DNA of 64,000 bases from Vitrella brassicaformis CCMP3155 (lineage: Eukaryota > Protista > Chromerida): positions 1-64,000 of the forward strand of contig CDMY01000371.1 in the NCBI GenBank assembly GCA_001179505.1, in the 5' to 3' direction. The position numbers were made by a program, and so were the translations under genes. The notes beneath the pieces were generated by a model. The model was not told the DNA's origin. It ran no database searches and saw nothing but the letters and a program-made list of their open reading frames with translations. Positions 23,156 to 34,634 of the stretch are shown one piece after another (position 1 is the first letter of the stretch; the number at the start of each line of letters is the position of its first letter).

Positions 23156-24167
23156 TCACTCGGCCACAGCCATGTATGAAGTAATCAGTGCTGCTGTGGG
23201 GAGAGCCACAAACAGGGGGAGGGAAAACCGGTGGTCGGCTGCCGAGTCATCAGGCGATGCTGTGGGCGGCGGATCGCCTGCAACACAAGGCAGCATTTGG
23301 CGTGTGCATATCTATTGCAGTGTGTCTCGTGTATCCCTTGCTCTGGTTGCGTACCGGAACCATCAGTGCCTGCATCGACGTTGATGGTTATCTGAACAAT
23401 ATAGGCAGGCCAGGCCCGACATCACAGCCTTCTACGCATACGGTGTGTGTCTCTGTGCTGGCAGCGAGTGCCTGCGCTTACCGGGTTGAGTGTCTGATAT
23501 CTCGAATAACTCTCAGCAATCACGCCATCGAAACGGACACTTCCAGCCCTGTCTTCTGAATAAAACCAAGCAATCTGATAGGTTGCCGGCTCAAACTCTG
23601 TGTCTGCCCCGTTTCCATCACCTTTGTTGAACCACTTGATGCCCATGGGAAGAGCTACCGACGCACAAAGAGGTACGTGGAGGGCATGGATCGAATTGTA
23701 GCATCCATCGCACTCTCGTACTTTTTGCTGCGCTATCTTCGTGCGTGAATTGTGGGCCGCTGTCACAGGATCGTTCCTGCAGCTCCGCGGGTAGGTCGTA
23801 GAAGCCTCCCCTGCTGGCAACCACACTCATCCCTGCATACTTCACACACCCCGACAAAGAGAACACACACACGTCCATCCGTCGTCGATCGTCTTCGCTG
23901 CCCCGGCCGGCCCGCCCCTTTCCGCCTTACCGTCCCTCCACTGAATGAGATTGTTGCCCCACCATCACTCGTCTTCTCGATTGTCCATGAGTAGCCCAGG
24001 CTGGTTCTCGTACCGTGGCCAGGCCGCGTGCTGCAAAGAGGAGCGCCAGATGGATAGGCGAACGAAGGGAGAAAGAGCAGCTGCAGCACCAAGGCCACCT
24101 GCCGTGGGGCTCGCGCAAGGGCCCGTGCCGAAGGAAGATCTGGCTTGCCCTTCACGATAATTCCCAT
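23156..24167 (-). CDS. Reeler-like domain protein with a hydrophobic C-terminus (paralog 2)
   Basis: VALVLQLLFLPSFAYPSGAPLCSTRPGHG...ATISFSGGT|YAGMSVVASRGGFYDLPAELQERSCDSGPQFTHED...IAWFYSEDRAGSVRFDGVIAESYSRYQTL...FSLPLFVALPTAALITSYMAVAE*. A phase-0 intron precedes Y-x-G, as in paralog 1. Confidence 0.6.
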
Positions 24168-24287
24168 CTTTTCGACGCCGCAAAAGATCGGGGGCGACAG
24201 TCGCCGCTGAGTCGCGCTGCCGATCGCCGGCCCACGGGGAACTCCATTCCTCTCTTCAAGACCACTTTGAAGGTGGCTTGGACCACG

Positions 24288-25075
24288 ATGTACGCCCTGC
24301 AGACTCCCCCGCGCGGTCTCTCCACTCCATCGCCCCGTCGTTCCTCCCCCATGGCGACCCCCAACGACGTCACTATCACATACACAGACGACAGCCGCAG
24401 CCCCGTCCATGCGATGTCATTGACCAGGCAGAGTTACTGGATTGGCTACCACACCCAGGCGAACCCCATCATTCGCCCCGCCATTCTCTTCGTTATGGCC
24501 GTGTTCTTTCTCATTGGCGGATTCATCGCACTGGTCGGAAAGGGGGAAGGATGCATTGGCCCTCAGCTTGCCTTCATGGCCTGCTTTGTCGGTTTGTGTG
24601 TTCTCAGGGCAGCCATCACTGGTCGAGATGGAGCGGCATTGGGGCGATTGGTATTGCTTTCTTCCTGGCTGGCTGCTGGCTGTTCGACTTGCACATCAAG
24701 GCCTTCCGCGTCCCCAGAGTTCTGCGCAGAACGCCCAATGCCTTCGTGCTGCAGACAATGTGCTGGTCTTATCGACTCAGGACCGACGAGACGGCCGGCA
24801 TGTTGCGAGTAACCAATGCAAAGTACCAGGATGAGACACCCCAACCCATCCCTCTGGAGGTGTCTTACGCCGGCGAAATGACGAGCTACGACGGCGTCCT
24901 GATCTTTCCTATCGACAAGAGAAAGAGGGCCCTGCTGTTCTCGCCGCTCGTGTCTGCCAATCGGTTTCTGGCGGACAACAGTGGTGCCGTGAAGGGTCAT
25001 GGGATGGGGCTGGCGGCTGTGTATGGGCGGCTGACGTACGAGGCGCCCCTCACCACGCCGCGCGCCAGATGCTGA
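24288..25075 (+). CDS. Hypothetical membrane protein (two predicted TM segments)
   Basis: AILFVMAVFFLIGGFIAL joined by a phase-0 GT-AG intron to GSHHWSRWSGIGAIGIAFFLAGCWLFDLHIKAF..., continuing open to the stop at 25075. Confidence 0.6.
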
Positions 25076-25088
25076 GGGACGAACAGAG

Positions 25089-25130
25089 AGGTGCAGACAG
25101 GCAGGTGCAGACAGGCAGGTGCAGACAGGC
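25089..25130 (+). repeat. 14-bp tandem repeat x3 (aggtgcagacaggc)
   Basis: Seen directly in the sequence. Confidence 0.8.
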
Positions 25131-25432
25131 TATTGCTTTTCCATTTCGTTGGATTTTGCCGCCATGGCAACCTGTGTGTGTGTGTGCGTGGAGGGAAGTG
25201 TGTAGACGCGTGTGTGGGTGTGTCTGTATGGTGACATTCATTTCGTGACGCGTGTGTGCAATCGATGGCGGGGGCCAATTGAATGGATTGGTGGCCGACA
25301 CAAAGTATGAGCATACATCAATCGGACTATGTACAAGAAGGGACAGTCTGACCGGCCGGCATGGGTATTTGTCAACCACTGATACACACAAACGTACGGA
25401 TGTATGTATTCACAGCTAGCTAGCTACTTCAG

Positions 25433-28291
25433 TCAGTAGCTCAAGTCTCCCGTCAGCTCACTCTTCTTGCGAGCTGATCGGTAGAATGAAATACACACAC
25501 ACACACACACAAATACACACACATTCCCATCAACTTGAGAGGGAATGGCGCCAATTCCCCGCCCGTACCTATTTTCATCCTGGTCTCGAGTGTGTCCTTG
25601 AGCAGGGGGCTGAGGAATTGAGTGCGGAAGAAGTCCACGTACGGATCCAGCGATGTCTTGCTGGGACCTGACCCATCACACATCACGGCACGCACAACCA
25701 CAGTGGGTTTCGTTGGGTGGCTTTTCGTTTGGGGGCATGGATGGATCGAGCTCACCCATCTTGGCGTCGCTTTCCCCGCTATCCACTTCGTCCACCAGAC
25801 TCCCTGGTTTAGACACACCGGACGGGTGTCACTGTTGTGTCTGCCATGTGTGTATGCATGTGTGTGGTGCTGACTGAGTGTGGGCACGGCGGTGGGATCG
25901 AAGAGATGCGCCTTCTCGGGGTCGATCGGCACACACACGCGACCTGAATGCATCAGTCAGGGAATCAATGACATTCACGCAGGCACCAAAACGCATTCTA
26001 TTCTCGCCTAACGATGCTGTCCTGTCTGAGTGTGTGGTCACCCACCTGTTTTGGGGTGCACGCAGAAGGGCGCCTTAAGCAGATGGTTGAACCCCTTGCT
26101 GGCCAAAGAACAAAGCACAGGGATGCAATGCAATGCAGCGAGCCAGCGAGCTGCATACGTGTGTGTGGCTGGCTCTGACCTGACGTTGATGTCCAGTCTG
26201 GGGAACGCGTAGGCGACCTTGACCTCCGACATGGCAGACAAGCACTGCCGCTTGAGGGCTTCGTTCCTGGGGACCTTTCCCCACTTGTCCACAGTGTCCT
26301 GCAGGCACACACACCACACACGCCACACTACGGACGGCATCAGCTTGTGTCGTGCAGTGCAGTGCATGGGTGTCTGTGTTGTCTGTCCATGGACACACCC
26401 ACCCACCCACCCGCAGGAACTGCCAGAGCTCGACCGATGTGAATCGCGAGTACTTCTTGTCCTCGGTGATCCACCTCTGCAGCTCCTTGTGCACTGCACC
26501 ACACACAACACACACACGGGTGCGGTGCTGCCTGGCAGTTGGCGCATTCACTCACACTCTGTTGGGAGGTACTGGAGGAGTTTGTCGATGTGCGTTGAGC
26601 CCTTGTCGAACCACTTCTGCTGCTGCATGAGCTTGCGCCAGCCCCAACGGTCGTCCTCCAGCACCTGCAACGCTACCCTGATCAATCAATACACACATGA
26701 CACACACAGACAGAAATGCCCCCGTCTTTCTCTGTGTTGTGTATGAATGTATGTGGGTGTGGTGTGGTGTACTTGGCAATGGGTGGCGGATCTCTCTTGT
26801 AGAAGTTGACCCTCTTGGCCATCTTGTCGGTGCCCTGCGTGCCGGGCCGTCCCGTGCCGTGCATAGAGAGAGGGACGTCAGTACGGAGGGTGTGGTGTTG
26901 ATGTGTCCATTGAGCTCCCGCACCCACATCGTACCGTGATGATGCTGATGTAGTCGGGAACTGCATCTCGCGACTCACGCGGCATCGTGCGGGCCCTCTC
27001 GTCACACACCTACGCACACAAACAGAGAGAAACAAAACATAACACGTCAAACCATGGATGGAGCTGGTGCGTTGACGTCAACGCAGCGGCCGGCTCCCTC
27101 CCTCCCTCACCCAGCAGTGTATGCCTCGCCGGCCCGAGTAGACGAACAGCAGGTTGTGGAAGTCGAAGTCATCTGCAAACACAACACAGCCATACATACA
27201 CACAAACAGAGACAATGAATCCATCTGGGAGGACCCGTGTGTGCACGACTGTGTGGTGGCCTGTGAACACACCCCTGAGCAGGCGATCCAGGACCTTGAC
27301 AGCTACCGTCATGAAATTCCTGCACGCACCATAGCCGCCCCGGGGCAGTTCAGTTGCCAAGTCATCCATACATACCCACCCCAATTAATTTGCCCACGGC
27401 GGGCCTACCGTACCAGCACTTGAGGCATATGTTTGCCTCACGGCAGCAGCTGCGGACGTCATCGTAGTCCGTCATGTCTATGTCAAACACCAACTCCTGC
27501 GCCAACACACCACATACCACACCACAACATCCACGAGTGCCCCCTCGCTCACACACCCATACGTGTCCTCTCGTCTCACCTTCTGCTGAGGCTCGAAGCT
27601 GCCCGTAGCAGAGTCCTTGCGATCCACCTGCACACGCGCACGTCCCTCTCCCGTCCCCTCAATGCAGCCACCCACCCATGTGTGTATGCAGCCCACAGCC
27701 CACCTCTCTGTTGTAGATGGCCCCGATGTCTATCTTGACAGGGTTGTGGAACTTGAGGGCGTTCCTGAAGCTCTCCAGCTTCCTGTAGCACTGCCATCGG
27801 ATGTAGATCTCGTCGCCGCTGTCCGTGTACTTGGTGAACGAAAACTCCCGCTTCGCCAGGAAATGCGGATCAATCTTCTCGCCGGTGGTCACGCGACGCA
27901 CGTCGGGAGGATCTGTGGAAGCACAGACAGCACATCCATCCATCAATCAATCAATCCATCCATCCATCAGTGTTTTCTGTGTGTGCGTCTGTCACCATGG
28001 CGGCAGCAAAGCCACTTGATGATGTCCTCCGAGGGAAACAGCAACGCTGCGAACACACACAGAACGCCAGGCAGCCAACCAATGAATTGGAGCATCGCCC
28101 ATCGTCCACAGTTCAGTGGCGTCCTCACCATAGTAGATTCTGAGCAGATCTAAGTCGAACTCCTTCCCGCCTGATGGTGCGGCAGCAGCAGCAGCAGCGG
28201 CAGCAGGTCTGAGGTTGGCGCCGTTCGGCTTCTCCTGCTTGGCGTTGGCCTCGTCGTGTGTCCTTTTCCTGCTCTCCGCACTCTCATCCAT
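25433..28291 (-). CDS. PRIM1: DNA primase small (catalytic) subunit
   Basis: [77 protein letters not shown] and RVCVPID are canonical eukaryotic PriS motifs, spread over many exons. Confidence 0.97.
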
Positions 28292-28994
28292 CACCAAAAA
28301 CAACAATCTACACCCGCGACAAAAACCCTGCACTCGAAGGGTCAAGGGTTTTAATGTGAATTGGGGCCACAAGACGGAGCCGACATCAGACCGTCCCGCT
28401 GTCGGCGCATCCGCGACGAGACGACGCGAATCCGCGACGAGACGAGACAGGCGGGCGTTTTTCTTTTTTCTCCCAGATAAGGAAGCTCGAACCATTGAGA
28501 AGGTGGCCGTTCTTGAGGGCCGCTGAAGGACGCCAGCTATGCGACCGTCTGTCTGCTCTGCTCGAGGCCATCAGGAAGGAGGAGAGCCGCCAACGTCCGA
28601 CGTCCACGTTTGCAAGATAGTACCGATGCGCAGCTGCCCAGACGGGAAAGAGGTCGAACATGCGGGGACTGCAAGACGGGCTTGCGTATGCCGTGGTGGT
28701 TTGTGTGTCCAGATCGCGCCTGCAACCGCGTGAAGCCGCTGCGGGCACGAGGAAGGAAAAGGACGAATGTCAGTCTGGCCAAAGGTGGCCCTGTTGCTGC
28801 GTCAGCTATACAGGACGCCCGCCACCCTTGACAGGCAGAGCGAGGCCACGACGGACGCGATGACGGCCTGGGACGAGCTCATCACCACCTGGCTTATCAC
28901 CTACATCAAGGTGGCCTAGTACGACCAGCCTACCATCACGAGTGCCGGAGGGCATGAGAAGACGACGGCCCTGGCTAGAGAGGGTCCTCCATCA

Positions 28995-29649
28995 ATGGCT
29001 GGTGAACCAGCAGCGGCGCCTGTATCTGGCGACATCGGCAGCGAGGCGGCATGTAACTGGAAGACCTTCGTGGTCATGGCAGCGTCCGCTCTCTTGCTGT
29101 CCGCATGGCTTGTGACCGCAACAGACAGGTGGCATGTGAGCGCAGAGGGAGGCCACTTATCTAGCTTCTTCCTTACGCATACCCCTGTGTGTCCGTTCTA
29201 TCGATGCGTCTACTGTCATTCAGATGAGCACAAGAAGAGTGAGCTCAACCACAACCTCCGCGATCAGGTGGACGTGCTGACCGCACTCGTGGCATGCGCC
29301 GTCCCGTACTGGGATGTGCTGGCCACAGCCGCCCTCGCAGACGTCGGGACCTACTCAAATATCAGACACAGGTAGGCGGGCATTGTCAATTGGGCATTGT
29401 TTCATGCAAAGGAAGGCAGAAAAAACCACACCCACGGCTGGCTGGCTGGTTTGCTTTTCCATCTCAGGCTGTTTGGCGCTGTTCCCGTCGTACCAGCTGT
29501 ACTACCACCGCGTGAAGACCCAATGCAACTTCAGGCGCCTGATGACGGCCACGGCGCGAGGGCTCTGCCGCCATCCCCAATCTTGCCGCCGCCACCACCA
29601 GCGCCGTAGCCATACGCCGGCTCCATCGGCGAGCGGTTTGCCATCGTGA
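28995..29649 (+). CDS. Hypothetical coding fragments (possibly the 5' part of the downstream kinase gene or a pseudogene)
   Basis: GC-rich coding-like blocks (DEHKKSELNHNLRDQVDVLTALVACAVPYW; LALFPSYQLYYHRVK) with splice-like boundaries. An in-frame TAG lies just upstream at about 28917. Confidence 0.3.
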
Positions 29650-29779
29650 GGGGCAGCCTCAAGCATGATGGCAACAACAGCACCCATTCGGCCTCACCAA
29701 TGCCACCCAAATGTCATGCTCCGCAGCGTCACGTTTCGGGGCTTCCGCGGGGACGGCAGTGGGGCCACCTCATGTTGTG

Positions 29780-31663
29780 CAGGAGCTGGCCGAGCTGCAG
29801 GCGACGCTCGAGCGCCTCATGCGCAAGCTGAGGAGGGAGGGCCGGATCATGGACGCCATCAACCCGCTGATGGGAGGGCGGCGCATCGTTCCCCGGCTGG
29901 TCGCGTGGGGGGACGTGGGGGGCGAGGAGGAAGGAGTGGCCATGGCCAGAAGGACGTCACGGGGTGCAGAAGCGATGCGGCGCCGTCCCCCTGCTGATGC
30001 TCTCGATCGTATGGGAGGAGTGGAAGAGGACGGACCGGTGCATGCAGCAGGACATGACGGTGGCGCGCAGGAGGAGCGTAGTAGCGTTGGAGGGCACCTT
30101 CGTCATGATGGAGGCGATAGGTAGGCAAGCTGATAGCAAGCGCACACCATCCACCAAAGCAAGATACATAGGTACACACATGGCTTCCGTTGCTGTGTGT
30201 GTGGCCGTGCAGACTTCGCAGATGCGCTAGAGCGGCGACTCATGAACGACCGCGGTGACCCTGGTATGCAGGCACCTACACATCAATACGACAAGTACAT
30301 GCAGTCGGTTGTTCATGTGCGTTTCCCTTCTTTCTATGAATACAGATGAATACTTCGCATCGCTGCGATTTGAGGGCAAGTCGGCCCTGGAGCTGTTCAA
30401 CGACCAGCGGCAAGGCTGCCTCAGCCCCATGGGCTGGTGCGTGCCCCTCACCGGCGAGTTTCTCAGGGCCCTCGAGGCCTGCAGGCGGCTGCAGAAGCGC
30501 CTCCAGCGCGCAGCCCGGTAGGCGCCCGTCCATCACCAGCAGCAGCAGCCAATAGGCAGCAGCCCCCCGAGAGGGAGGACGTTGAGGGCGACGACCCTGC
30601 CGCCGGTCGGGAGGAGGAGGGGGAGGAGGATGATGATGACGCCTACTCGTGTGACAGCGTGTCGGACAGCAGCGACGAGGAGGAGGAAGACGACGAGGAC
30701 GAGAAGCCCACCAGCCGCCCTGCCAACAAGGTGCCCAAGGAGTGGCGAGTCGAGCGGGGGCCTGTCAGCCTCCTCGACCTCTATCGCGTGCGGGCGGGGG
30801 ATGACCTGGGCGACGTGAGGGCAAGGCTGCAGCGCATCAAGAGGGCGGTGGAGGGCCTGGGAATGGAGGGACGGCACTTTCGTCAGGTGGCCGCGGCGGC
30901 ACTGGACACCCTCAATCATCTGCACGGCTACGGATTCATCCACGGCGATGCCAACCCTTCGAATTTCCTCCTGCGCTGGCTGGGTAGCGGCAGCGAGGCA
31001 GCGAGCAGCACGCGGGGCAATTCGTCGTTCGAGGTCACGGCCATCGACTTCGAATTCACCCTCCCCATCGCTGCCTCACGTCGCCCCGTTGCCGCATCAC
31101 GGGTGGACGACCTGCCGGCTGTCCCCGTGTTCGAGCCCTGGACCGCCCCAGAGGCCCAGCGAGACTTGGCGACGGCCATCGTCAGCACTTGGCCGCTCGA
31201 GGACCCTCTGAGGTTCTACCTGCCCCAGTCGCAGCCCATCGCCAGCTCAGGCCCCCTCTCATTCGCCCTCCACCCCACCGTCCAGCAGGACGCGTACTCG
31301 ATTGGGCTGGCGTGCGCCCTCATGCTGGCCGCTCCTCACATGGGGGAGGAGTTCGTCGGCTTCGACGTGCTGCTGGATGGTGTGCGGGTAGACAACAAGG
31401 CGCTCGAGTCGGCCCTCCAGGGTACCAACAGTGGGACGGCGGGCGCGTGTGAGAAGATCCAGGAGCCACAGCGGGCCTTGAGCCGCTTCAACGGGCTGGC
31501 GGCGGCTGTCGAGGCGGCCCGTGAGGCACACACAGGGCAGGGCCTGCACACGGAGGGAGCTGGTACGAGCGAGGCCGTTGTCGACTTGGGGATTGCACTG
31601 GTGTTGGGGGCGGCATGTGCAATCCCGACACGTCAGAGAGGCAGCCCATTGCTGCTGCTCTAG
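29780..31663 (+). CDS. Divergent non-RD protein kinase; C-lobe clear, N-lobe fragmentary
   Basis: ORF 30437..31663 has LNHLHGYGFIHGDANPSNFLL, VTAIDFEF, PWTAPE and QDAYSIGLA. The upstream LRREGRIMDAINPLMGGRRIVPRLVAWG resembles the alphaC/beta4 region. Joining the parts needs a frameshift or an approximately 38-nt intron near 30517. Confidence 0.8.
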
Positions 31664-31776
31664 CAAAGATCACACCTTATACCACCAACTAAGTAAGGTA
31701 CGGAACGAGCGAAAGAGGCGATTGGTGCATACTGTAGCGATTAATTGATTGGTTGCGGGTGGCAGGCTGAGGTGTC

Positions 31777-31816
31777 CCCAGAGGGATGGCGCCCACTGCC
31801 GGGCGGCAGGTCAGCC
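31777..31816 (+). repeat. 40-bp orphan copy of a CPW-WPC exon end plus splice donor
   Basis: cccagagggatggcgcccactgccgggcggcaggtcagcc is identical to 37001-37040 and to the reverse complement of the segment near 34110-34150. Confidence 0.9.
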
Positions 31817-32228
31817 GGCCAGCCAGCCAGCCAGCATGCATATGCTGCTGAGGGGAAGGAGGACACATAAGAGTGGGTAAGCAGAATGGGCCATCGCTGT
31901 CTACGTTTTATATTTGCTTGTACGTGTCTCACACCGAACATGCACATGTGCGCGACGCTGTCGTGTGAGAGCCTTTCAGACACTGACACTTGAGAGTCAA
32001 AGTCAAGTGCAGTCAGTCCATTGTGATGTGTCTGTCTGTGATGCACCGGCTGGTACGCTGGTCGATCAGTTCGTCCACATTCAAACACACACGCCTCTGC
32101 CTGCCTGCCTGCCTGCCTCTCTATCTGTCTTCCTCATTCACGTGTTGTGCGTCTCTGTCTGTCTGTCTGTCTGTCTGTCCGGATGCAATCATTATAGACA
32201 CACACGTGAGTCACTGACTGACAGGCAT

Positions 32229-34510
32229 TCATTCGATGTATGGTCTCTGCTTGGCGATGGTCGGGCGGTGCGGCATGACAGCAGCCGGGTACTTGGCCGT
32301 CACCTCGAGCTCAACACACGGCCAGGCCAAACTGCACGCACACCACAACACACACAGATGCGTTATATTCATTCCTATGATGTGTGGTATGTGCTGTGTG
32401 ACGCTGGCCTGGCCAGCTGGGTCGGTGTCTGTCTGACTCACTCGCATGTCTCGGCGTACAGTTCCTTGAGCTGCGGTGTGAATGCGCGGAAGTCCTCAGG
32501 TTTGTTGCACTCGGGGGGCCCCTTGAAGTCCACTGGCGGCTCGCACAGTGTGCCGTTGGCCGATGGCGTGAATCGGAGGGGACACACGTGGCGGTAATCA
32601 CGCTCGCAGTCCTCACGACACGGATATGACAACCCGCACCTGCATGCTCCAACACACACACAGACAGACAGACAGACAGACACCCAGAAAAACAGACAGA
32701 CAGACAGACCGACAGACGGACGGACCATACCCAGATGGATCTGTGTATTGGGCTTTCTGTGTCGTGCATTGCAATGCATTTCACGCCCGCTCAGCCACCT
32801 TTCGCATAGTTGTCGCTTCTGTGTGTGGGTGAAGCCCAGCAGATTGATGACAGGCCGGCAGCCGCGAGGCGCTGCACACAACACACACATGCACTCACAT
32901 CAATGGACAGACAGACAGACACTGTGTGTGTGTTAGTTGTGTTGTGCTTACGGATGTACTCGTCAGGCGCCTTGCAGGTGCCTTGGCCCACATGCAGCCA
33001 CCCCTTACACACACGCAGACAGACAGACAGACAGACATCCGTGTTGACAATAACACACACCACACACACCTTCGGGCACAGTTGTTTGTCGAAGTCCTGC
33101 TCGCAGTCGACCATGTTCTCTCTGCAGGGAAAAGGCGCTCCGCACTGCGCGGCAAACACCTAAACACATACATACACACATACATACATGCATCAATCAA
33201 CCGCATTAGTTGACGGGGGGGGCGGTGTTAAATACACACACGTACGCCCAGCCAGCACCCACCGACGTGCCGGGCCTACTTGCTTCTCTGCAGGTGTCTT
33301 GAGGTCGACGGGCTGTGGGTGTGTGCAGGGGCCGGTGTATGATGCGGGCGGATGGCACATGCCGTGTCGCTCTTCCCACTCTTCCGGGCAGGATCTGGAA
33401 TAGTCGCGCGTGCACGGCTTCTCCTTGCAGGGCCAACTCACCTGCACACACAGCACAGACACGCACGCCTGTCTGTCTCTTTGTGTGCACTGCAGTCAGT
33501 GCACCTCTTGCGTGAGCGAAGGTATGTATTACATATGCATATACATACAGCTGTACGTACGTACGTATGTGTATGTCTGCTTGCTTACTTACTTGGCATG
33601 CGGACGAGAATTGTTCCTTTTCGTCTTTGGATTTGCCTTGGGGATTGAAAGTCCGCTCGCAGCCGCCGACGTATGACTGTGGGGCCTCGCAGACTGCACC
33701 ATCGAAAACCCTGCAGTCAGTCAGTGACCCACATATATGGCATATATAGCAGGGATGCATTCAGACAGACAGACTCTTGGTGAGTCTCACTCACTCACTG
33801 CCTATCTATCTATCCCTCCCTCCCTCTCTCTCACCATCCGGATGGACACGGGTTGTCGTAGTCGCGGCCGCCGTGTGGCTTGCATGCGTCGTCGAGACAT
33901 GGCCACCTGAACTTGCAGTCATTGGCCATGGTGGCCTTCTGCTGGGGCAGCAAGTCCGCCAGGTCCAAGATGTACGCACAGTCGCCCTCACTGGCATAAC
34001 TCGCAGGGGCTTGGCACTCCCTGCACACACACGCACGAGTGCGTGATATGCGTCCATGTCCCCCTCCCTCCTCTCCGGGCCCCGATGGCAGCCTGGCTGG
34101 CTGGCTGTGTGGCTGACCTGCCGCCCGGCAGTGGGCGCCATCCCTCTGGGCACACCAAGCTGTAGTCTCTCACACAAATCGGGTCGGGTGTTGGCAGCAG
34201 GCCAATGGCTTTGGAGCCCTCGTCAGCCGCTCGCTGCACCACGGGTGCACCAAACAGCACCGGAGTCAGCCCAAACGCCGGCAGCTTCGTCGACGGAACC
34301 TGGCCGACACACACACACAGACACACAGATGGGAGATGACCGACCTCATGCGTTTGTTTGTTCATGTGTGGTGCCCGCCTGCCTTGAAGGGTGGGACGAA
34401 CCCTCCAATCAGTTCGCTGATTTGCGAGATCAGACCGGCCAGCATGTCAGCGAACAGGTACAGACCGCCGCCAACATTCGGCACCGATGCGGGAGGCAGA
34501 GGAGCTGGAA
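32229..34510 (-). CDS. CPW-WPC family protein, 5'-truncated copy (no signal-peptide exon)
   Basis: Repeated CxRDYxxxCPxxW...C.....Y.GPC.....WPC units (CVRDYSLVCPEGW, CTRDYSRSCPEEW, CERDYRHVCPLRF, VSWPC, VWPC). The native 3' end is ...QRPYIE* at 32229. Homology to the plus copy stops at 34510. Confidence 0.9.
32699..34510 (-). repeat. Inverted repeat, left arm (approximately 1.8 kb)
   Basis: The reverse complement matches 36641-37114 and 37415-37821, with identical translations in the ORF track on either side of the N gap. Confidence 0.92.
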
Positions 34511-34634
34511 CCGGCACTGGAAGCAACATCGTTCGCTTTTGAGCCCATTCCTCATGATTTCCCTGAAACCGCTGCAACTGCGATGATTTCACTTCGAATC
34601 TGCAAGAGCGATTTGTTGCTTTGGACTCTTATTG

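Noticed and set aside
28539-28863. CxxC...CxxxxC pattern (CGDC..VCPDRAC) suggesting a zinc finger
   Set aside because: It lies in a short ORF without a clear start or splice context, and Cys is common in shadow frames of this genome.
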